Shown one piece after another: positions 58,039-64,000 of a stretch of DNA of 64,000 nt. Positions within the stretch are counted from its first letter, which is position 1. Each line of letters begins with the position of its first letter. The notes beneath the pieces are model-generated. The model did not search any database. It was not told where the DNA came from and worked only from the letters and a program-made list of their open reading frames with translations. The position numbers were made by a program, and so were the translations under genes. The DNA lies in assembly GCA_043767845.1 (NCBI GenBank), contig JAYUFZ010000006.1, positions 6,726-70,725 on the forward strand, in the 5' to 3' direction. Source of the stretch: a bacterium (GTDB lineage: Bacteria > Patescibacteriota > Saccharimonadia > UBA4664 > JBBRNT01).

Positions 58039-59151
58039 ATGTACAAACAGAAGTCCACTAAAATACAACAGCTACAAGTTCGAATAGCCCAGATAGTTGT
58101 TATTGTCTTGGGCTTTAGTCTGTTGCCGTTATCCACGGCTCAAGCTGCGCAAATTACTGCTCGTAAACTAACGCTCGGTTCGTCCGCATCTGCCGCAGCA
58201 ACAACCTATAGTTTCCAATATACCCTGCCGACAGGCACGGCGGTTAAATCGGTGCGCTACCAGTTTTGTACACTTGCATCTGGTGCCTGCACAGTTCCTG
58301 GATCGTGGGTAAATACTGGCGCTACCCTCACAAGCTTTACCAATATCGGGACTGGCTTCGCTGTGGACTTAGCAACCAACGCCGATAGTCTCGGCATGAC
58401 CAGCGCGGCAAATTCTACAGCTCCGTCGTCCCCAGTGTCCGTACAGTTTAGCAATGTGACAAACCCTACCTCTGTCACTCAACCATTTAGCTTCTATGTA
58501 CGCATCTTCACCTACTCAACAAACACATACACCGGCGCACTTGACAGCGGCGTTGTCGCAGCGGCAATCAATCAACAAATAACTTTGACCGGCACCATGC
58601 CCGAATCACTCGTCTTTTGTACCGGTGCTACCGTCACAGGTACGGACTGTACAACTGCAACCTCTGGAGCAATAAGTTTCGGGACACTCTTCTCTCCAAC
58701 ATCAACATCCGTCACAACGTCGCAAATGGTAGCCTCAACAAATGCCGGGACAGGATATGTTATCACGGTCAACGGCGCGACAATGACATCTGGTGGTAAT
58801 ACCATAGCTGCTATGGGCTCGACTACTACTTCTCAACTCGGCGTCAGCCAGTTCGGTCTCAACCTAGTAGTCAATACTGTACCGTCGGTCGGGACAGCTA
58901 TTGCGCCAACGTCTAGTGCCCTAGGTGGTTCTACGCTTCAAGCTAATCCTTCAAGTAACTACGGCACAGCCGACAACTTCAAATTCACCAGCGGTGACAC
59001 TATAGCCAACTCAGACTTCCAAACTGGTGGTACAAACCGAGCAACAGATGCCCAAAACTATACCATTTCCTACATCGTGAATGTCCCAGGTAGCCAGGGA
59101 GCAGGTACCTATACGACAACCCTGACCTACATTTGTACAGCCACTTTCTAA
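58039..59151 (+). CDS. Secreted WxL-like protein, paralog B'
   Basis: Closely similar to 56807..57904; ends YTTTLTYICTATF. Confidence 0.88.
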   Translation: MYKQKSTKIQQLQVRIAQIVVIVLGFSLLPLSTAQAAQITARKLTLGSSASAAATTYSFQYTLPTGTAVKSVRYQFCTLASGACTVPGSWVNTGATLTSFTNIGTGFAVDLATNADSLGMTSAANSTAPSSPVSVQFSNVTNPTSVTQPFSFYVRIFTYSTNTYTGALDSGVVAAAINQQITLTGTMPESLVFCTGATVTGTDCTTATSGAISFGTLFSPTSTSVTTSQMVASTNAGTGYVITVNGATMTSGGNTIAAMGSTTTSQLGVSQFGLNLVVNTVPSVGTAIAPTSSALGGSTLQANPSSNYGTADNFKFTSGDTIANSDFQTGGTNRATDAQNYTISYIVNVPGSQGAGTYTTTLTYICTATF

Positions 59152-59204
59152 AAGCCAAAACTGTCCACTAAAAGTCCGAAAAACCCCAAAACAAAACGAA
59201 AACA

Positions 59205-60269
59205 ATGAAAACTACAAAATCAAAAATCAATCGAATAGACCGCATCAGGCACATCCTCGCCAAAATATTGATAGCGGCTACTATCATCGGGCTCACCCCC
59301 TTAACTGCCCAAGCTGGTTTCCAACCCAGGTCAGTATTACTCGGTAGTTCAGCTATATCAGTAGTAACGACTCATAGGTTTTCACTCACAGCCATTAATG
59401 GTGGTAGTGTTGGTTCAATCCAGTTTCTGTACTGCACCAGTGCTTCGGGGACTTGCACGACGCCTACTGGACTTTCGACTACCAGCGCGACCTTATCAGC
59501 GCAGTCCGGTGCTACCGGCTTCACCATGACGAATACCACCAATGGCGCACCATATATCACGCGAGCAGCATCAAGTATCACGGCGTCAACACCAATCAGC
59601 TATACGCTGGGTGTCATTACCAACCCATCAACCACCAATACCAGCTTCTTCATCCGCATTTCAACCTTTACTGCTACCAACGCCACGGGTTCGGCACTCG
59701 ATGCCGGTGTCGTGGCGGCCAGCACTGCAGCTCAGGTAGTGGTCAACGCCCATGTCGATGAGATTATCACCTTCTGTGTATACACTGGCGCCAACTGTGC
59801 TGCCGCTGGAGCAACTGTCGACCTAGGTACACTCACACCAACGACGACCGGCGTCGGCGTATCGTACATGGACGCTGGTACCAATGCTGGCAGCGGCTTC
59901 GCAGTCCAATACAACGGTCCGACGCTGACCTCCGGTGGTAACACGATCAGCTCGATCGGAGGCACTGCCACCACCTCGACAGTTGGGCTCGCCCAGTTTG
60001 GTATCAATGCCACTGGTACAAACGCCACTCCAGCCGTGACCGGCTCACAGACTCCGAGTGGTGTTGCGCCAATCGGCAGCGCCGCAACGAACTACGACGT
60101 CGCCGATACCTATGCTTTCGTGGCTAGTACGCCCACAACGCTGGCTACATCAAGCGGGGCCGCTAATACTACGAAGTATTCAGTCTCTTACGTATCAAAC
60201 ATCAACTCCTCCCAGGCCGCCGGTGATTACACGACAACAATTACTTACATCTGCACTGCTACTTTCTAG
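59205..60269 (+). CDS. Secreted WxL-like protein, paralog A'
   Basis: Closely similar to 55734..56795; ends YTTTITYICTATF. Confidence 0.88.
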   Translation: MKTTKSKINRIDRIRHILAKILIAATIIGLTPLTAQAGFQPRSVLLGSSAISVVTTHRFSLTAINGGSVGSIQFLYCTSASGTCTTPTGLSTTSATLSAQSGATGFTMTNTTNGAPYITRAASSITASTPISYTLGVITNPSTTNTSFFIRISTFTATNATGSALDAGVVAASTAAQVVVNAHVDEIITFCVYTGANCAAAGATVDLGTLTPTTTGVGVSYMDAGTNAGSGFAVQYNGPTLTSGGNTISSIGGTATTSTVGLAQFGINATGTNATPAVTGSQTPSGVAPIGSAATNYDVADTYAFVASTPTTLATSSGAANTTKYSVSYVSNINSSQAAGDYTTTITYICTATF

Positions 60270-60323
60270 CCCGCAACAAAAACTAGTTTACAGGACTAGC
60301 TCTCCACGGCTATAATAGCCTTA

Positions 60324-61349
60324 ATGCTTAAACGTTTTTCCGCACTTACTTTGGTGCTTTGCCAAACAATGCTTTTCGTTATTGCGCCGATAGCCAATGC
60401 CGCAAGTGCTGCTACCAATAGTGGGCAGGGGATAGAGCTTTCTCCGCCAGTTATCGAGATTAAGGCCGATCCTGGCCAGATCGTTACTGGCGAAATTAAG
60501 CTGCGCAATATTACCAAGAACGACCTAATAGCCAAAAGTAAAGTTGACGATTTCGCGGCCAAAGGTGAAGACGGCCAGCCCCAAATCCTGCTTGACGAAA
60601 CGACAACAACTCGCTTTTCACTCAAGACCTGGATCCAGCCAATAGCTAATCTGCGATTAGCTCCCCAGAAGATAGAAACCATCAAGTTCAGTATTAATGT
60701 GCCTCGTAATGCTGAGCCCGGCGGGCATTTTGGCGTCATCCGCTTTACCGCGCAGCCTCCAGAGCTGGAGGGGACCGGGGTGGCACTATCCGCTAGTATA
60801 GGCTCTTTAATTCTGCTCAATGTATCCGGTGACGCCAAGGAGGGGGCTAGTATCGCAAGCTTTAAGGTCGCCCAAATTACGACAGGTTGGGAAAAAGTTA
60901 TCAGGGGTGACGGCGGTCTGGATGTCGGCCTGCAAGACGGTAGCTTTTTCGAGTATGGCCCGGTCCGCTTCACTACGCGTGTCAAAAACGAGGGGAATGT
61001 GCAGGTCAAGCCAGTCGGCACGATAGATGTGTTCAATATTTTCGGTATGAAAGTCGCTAGTCTCAAGATGAACGATCCTGCCCGCAACGTTTTGCCGGAG
61101 AGTATTCGTAAGTTTGACACCGATTGGAAGCAACACTGGCTCATCGGCTACTTCAAGGCCAGGGCCAACCTAACCTATGGTGCCTCAAACAAAGCCCTTA
61201 TTAGCTCGACAGTTGGCTTCTGGGTAGTTCCTTACAAGCTCATTGCATTAATAGTACTCGGCCTCATTCTGCTGCTCATCGTCATGCGTAGCGCCCTACG
61301 TCGTTACAACCGCTACATCATCGCCCAAGCCCGCAAACATCGTCGCTAG
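60324..61349 (+). CDS. DUF916/DUF3324-like (WxL-interacting) membrane-anchored protein
   Basis: Signal peptide, SPPVIE..ADPG, VPRNAEPGGHFG, NEGNVQVKP.G, VLPESIR, C-terminal TM with basic tail. Confidence 0.82.
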   Translation: MLKRFSALTLVLCQTMLFVIAPIANAASAATNSGQGIELSPPVIEIKADPGQIVTGEIKLRNITKNDLIAKSKVDDFAAKGEDGQPQILLDETTTTRFSLKTWIQPIANLRLAPQKIETIKFSINVPRNAEPGGHFGVIRFTAQPPELEGTGVALSASIGSLILLNVSGDAKEGASIASFKVAQITTGWEKVIRGDGGLDVGLQDGSFFEYGPVRFTTRVKNEGNVQVKPVGTIDVFNIFGMKVASLKMNDPARNVLPESIRKFDTDWKQHWLIGYFKARANLTYGASNKALISSTVGFWVVPYKLIALIVLGLILLLIVMRSALRRYNRYIIAQARKHRR

Positions 61350-61595
61350 TATAGCCCTGTTTCTGATCTTAATTATTTATGAGTCCTGACTACTCAAGTT
61401 ATTTATAGAAGGGCAAAAGTAGAAATACCAACAATAGGTGATAAGAAAGGTGGTGTGATAGGGCGATATGGGCCAGCCTTTCCAGGTGTACATCGATGGG
61501 GCGGTGTGTATCTGATGCCCCATTTCCGTCTGCCGTTACCCATTCAAGATTGTTAAGCTTAGTGCTATAATAATTCTAACCAAAAGTAAACAAAA

Positions 61596-62603
61596 ATGGT
61601 TATCCAAACAAAGATCCTACATCACCAGCACAGTGGCAAGCTTAAGCCCCACCGCCACACCTCATACGCGGGGTTATTTTTCATGCTCATGCTCTGCGGT
61701 CTTGCCTTGCTCACAATTACCCAGGCCACTTATGGCGCCCATCCCGACCCTGGCATCGGCACTATCGGTCTTAAGGGTGTTGTCCCCGGCAAAGCACCGA
61801 CTGTGGCGGCCGTTATCAACAGCCCACGCAATGGGACGCGCTTTACTACGATTCCCGTACCGGTGACTGGGACATGCCCACAAAATACCATAGTTGAGAT
61901 ATTCAAAAACGGTATTTTTGCCGGCTCAGATTATTGTAAGGATGATCAAACTTTTTCGATCCAAGTTGACTTGTTGATAGGGGCCAACGACGTTGTGGCT
62001 AAGGTCTTCGATGCCCTCGACCAGGCTGGTCCAGATTCAAACACCATTACTCTGTACTACGATGTGCAGCCGGCGGCGCCATTATTTGTGCTATCAGCGC
62101 CAAATGCTCTACCCGACGATTATCAGCAATTCGTTTTACGTACCAACGCGGTGTACCGTGGCTCATTTGCCGGCGACCCGGTGAAAGTGGTTATTGACGT
62201 TATAGGCGGTATAGCACCATACGCATTAATTATCGACTGGGGTGATGGTAAGACTGACCTCGTAAGCCGCGAAAATAAAGAGAGCTTTACAACTGAGCAT
62301 ATCTTCGGCAAACCGGGTGTCTACCAGGCCATCATCAAGGGAACTGATTCCAAAAATAAAACTGCCTATCTGCAAACCACAATCCTGGTCAATGGCCAAT
62401 CCGACTTGGCCGCCGGCACCACTGTCACTACGACGGCAACGGCAACCAAGAGCTTGCTACTAGCCTGGCCAATGTGGATCCTACTTTTCCTAGTCTTTAT
62501 TAGCTTCTGGCTTGGAGAACGGCACGAAAAAACAGTGCTACGTCGCCGCGGCCAATTGGTGACGGCCAACAGTGGCATGAAAGCTGGTCCCACGAAAGCC
62601 TAA
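61596..62603 (+). CDS. Membrane-anchored Ig-like/PKD domain protein
   Basis: HRHTSY N-terminus, Ig-like (GTCP..VEIFKNG), GGIAPY..IDWGDG..H.F.KPGVY, C-terminal TM. Confidence 0.85.
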   Translation: MVIQTKILHHQHSGKLKPHRHTSYAGLFFMLMLCGLALLTITQATYGAHPDPGIGTIGLKGVVPGKAPTVAAVINSPRNGTRFTTIPVPVTGTCPQNTIVEIFKNGIFAGSDYCKDDQTFSIQVDLLIGANDVVAKVFDALDQAGPDSNTITLYYDVQPAAPLFVLSAPNALPDDYQQFVLRTNAVYRGSFAGDPVKVVIDVIGGIAPYALIIDWGDGKTDLVSRENKESFTTEHIFGKPGVYQAIIKGTDSKNKTAYLQTTILVNGQSDLAAGTTVTTTATATKSLLLAWPMWILLFLVFISFWLGERHEKTVLRRRGQLVTANSGMKAGPTKA

Positions 62604-62688
62604 AAAAGAGCCATTTTTCAGATACAAAATGCTTGTGGTCTAGGCACGAAATTGTTATGCTATATGGGTAACAAAGTTAGCGTGGCAA

Positions 62689-64000
62689 GTGTCTTTTAGC
62701 AAGAGCTTACAAGGTGGTAATACGCAAACTAGTGGAAATGGCCGGTCCCTACGGGTAGGGACACGTGTGCTGCTACTAGTGCTTTTTGCTGTAAATTCTT
62801 TTCTCCCATTCGACGCTGTGACAGGCAAGTTCTTCGGCTTTAGCGACGCGCCCACTGCTCAAGCAGCAGCTGGCGTGAACAGCTCGATCAACTTCCAAGC
62901 ACGCTTGCTCAATAGCGCCGGCGCCACCGTCCCAGATGGCCTTTACAACATGCAGTTCAAGATTTACCACGACGGGACAGGCTGTGTGTCGAGCGGCTCG
63001 TCGCCCTGTGGTGGCACCTTGGACTGGACCGAATCATGGCTCAACAACGCCACCAACGGCGTGACTGTACGCAATGGTTATTTCTCGGTCTACCTCGGCT
63101 CGATTACGAGCTTTGGCGGCGCCGTGGACTTCAACCAAGATACCCTCTGGCTATCGATCAATGTTGGTAGCACTAACGGCAGCTGTACGCCATTCACTGG
63201 CTGTTCCGGCGATGGTGAAATGCTCCCCTTCAAGCGTCTAGCAGCCAACGCCTACTCGAATAATTCGGCCCAGCTTGGAGGTCTCGACAAAACCCAATTT
63301 GTGCAGCTCGGCCAGGGTCTGCAGGCCGACACCTCGAACAGCAATGCCTCGATCGCTATCAATAAAACTGGGTCGGCCAACATTCTTGACCTCCAAAAGG
63401 CCGGCTCAACTGTCGCCCTACTCAGTAATACCGGCGCCTTAACGCTCACCAATACGGCTAATTCATCAGCGGCTTTCCAGGTTCAGAATTCAAGCGGACA
63501 AGCAATTTTCAATGTTGATACTACCAACGCCAAGATTGGCACGCCAAACTCCACCGTAGCAACTACCCGTGACCTCAAGATTGCCACTGGTGACGCCTCG
63601 AGCGGCACAAACTTGAGTTCCGGCAACCTTACCATCGATACCGGTACAAAGACGGGTAGTGGAACTGCTGGCTCAATCAGCATTGGCGGCGTAAATGCGC
63701 CACAAATTACTTTCAAGGTGGTCAGTGGCGCCAATTCGACGACAGTCAACTTCACTACGCCGACAGCCACGAACTCGATCAATTTCCCTGACGCTGGTGG
63801 CACGGTTTGTACGACTATTTCAACCACTTGCGGCAGCGTCTATGGCTCGGCTGGGAGTTTCGTGACGCTTCAGGCCAGCACACCGGGAACCGCCCAAACT
63901 GGTAGCTCAAACATAACCGGCACAGCCATTGTCGGCACTAATCTCATAACCCCACTGGCCCAGACTACCGACCAAACCGCCGCCTCCACCAACTCTGCTA
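62689..64000 (+). CDS. Large surface / tail-fibre-like protein, 5' part (runs off the window; absent from the ORF track)
   Basis: Frame open from GTG 62689 to the window end as far as read; signal-like segment, INFQARLLNSAGATVPDGLYNMQFKIY, NGYFSVYLGS, DGEMLP; start uncertain. Confidence 0.82.
   Translation, partial: MSFSKSLQGGNTQTSGNGRSLRVGTRVLLLVLFAVNSFLPFDAVTGKFFGFSDAPTAQAAAGVNSSINFQARLLNSAGATVPDGLYNMQFKIYHDGTGCVSSGSSPCGGTLDWTESWLNNATNGVTVRNGYFSVYLGSITSFGGAVDFNQDTLWLSINVGSTNGSCTPFTGCSGDGEMLPFKRLAANAYSNNSAQLGGLDKTQFVQLGQGLQADTSNSNASIAINKTGSANILDLQKAGSTVALLSNTGALTLTNTANSSAAFQVQNSSGQAIFNVDTTNAKIGTPNSTVATTRDLKIATGDASSGTNLSSGNLTIDTGTKTGSGTAGSISIGGVNAPQITFKVVSGANSTTVNFTTPTATNSINFPDAGGTVCTTISTTCGSVYGSAGSFVTLQASTPGTAQTGSSNITGTAIVGTNLITPLAQTTDQTAASTNSA

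Noticed and set aside
60296-61144. 282-aa antisense ORF
   Set aside because: Opposite the DUF916-like gene; Ser/Pro-rich shadow without motifs
61350-61595. 245-nt intergenic region with ATGGGGC/GCCCCAT stem and a 46-codon minus-strand ORF
   Set aside because: Single short stem and featureless ORF; not enough to support a call

Overview
This is a gene-dense bacterial chromosomal segment using genetic code 11 (TGA serves as stop in ATGA overlaps). Gene style suggests Patescibacteria/CPR, most likely Saccharibacteria; this is an inference from VirB2-like and type-IV-like pilin domains, DUF916-associated surface proteins, single-domain response regulators and minimal housekeeping genes. Core genes are msrA, folD, pyk-pgk-tpiA, pcrA, an rpfB-like gene, rsmA, metG, tatD and tRNA-Glu(TTC). 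The main candidates for undescribed biology are: (1) a FeeM-like N-acyl-amino-acid synthase + ThiF adenylase + 7TM histidine kinase + receiver cluster, a possible small-molecule signalling system; (2) a ~245-nt highly structured putative ncRNA with its own promoter and terminator upstream of pyk; (3) five paralogous secreted proteins ending in a YICTATF-type motif, followed by a DUF916/DUF3324-like gene, a possible surface fibre system; (4) a GH135/Sph3-like hydrolase fused to a VirB2-like pilin; (5) tandem ~110-120 bp units built from direct and inverted copies of the tRNA-Glu 3' end. Also present are a 124-bp MITE, widespread leaderless-type gene starts and small unannotated ORFs. All family calls come from motif recognition by eye; no searches were run.
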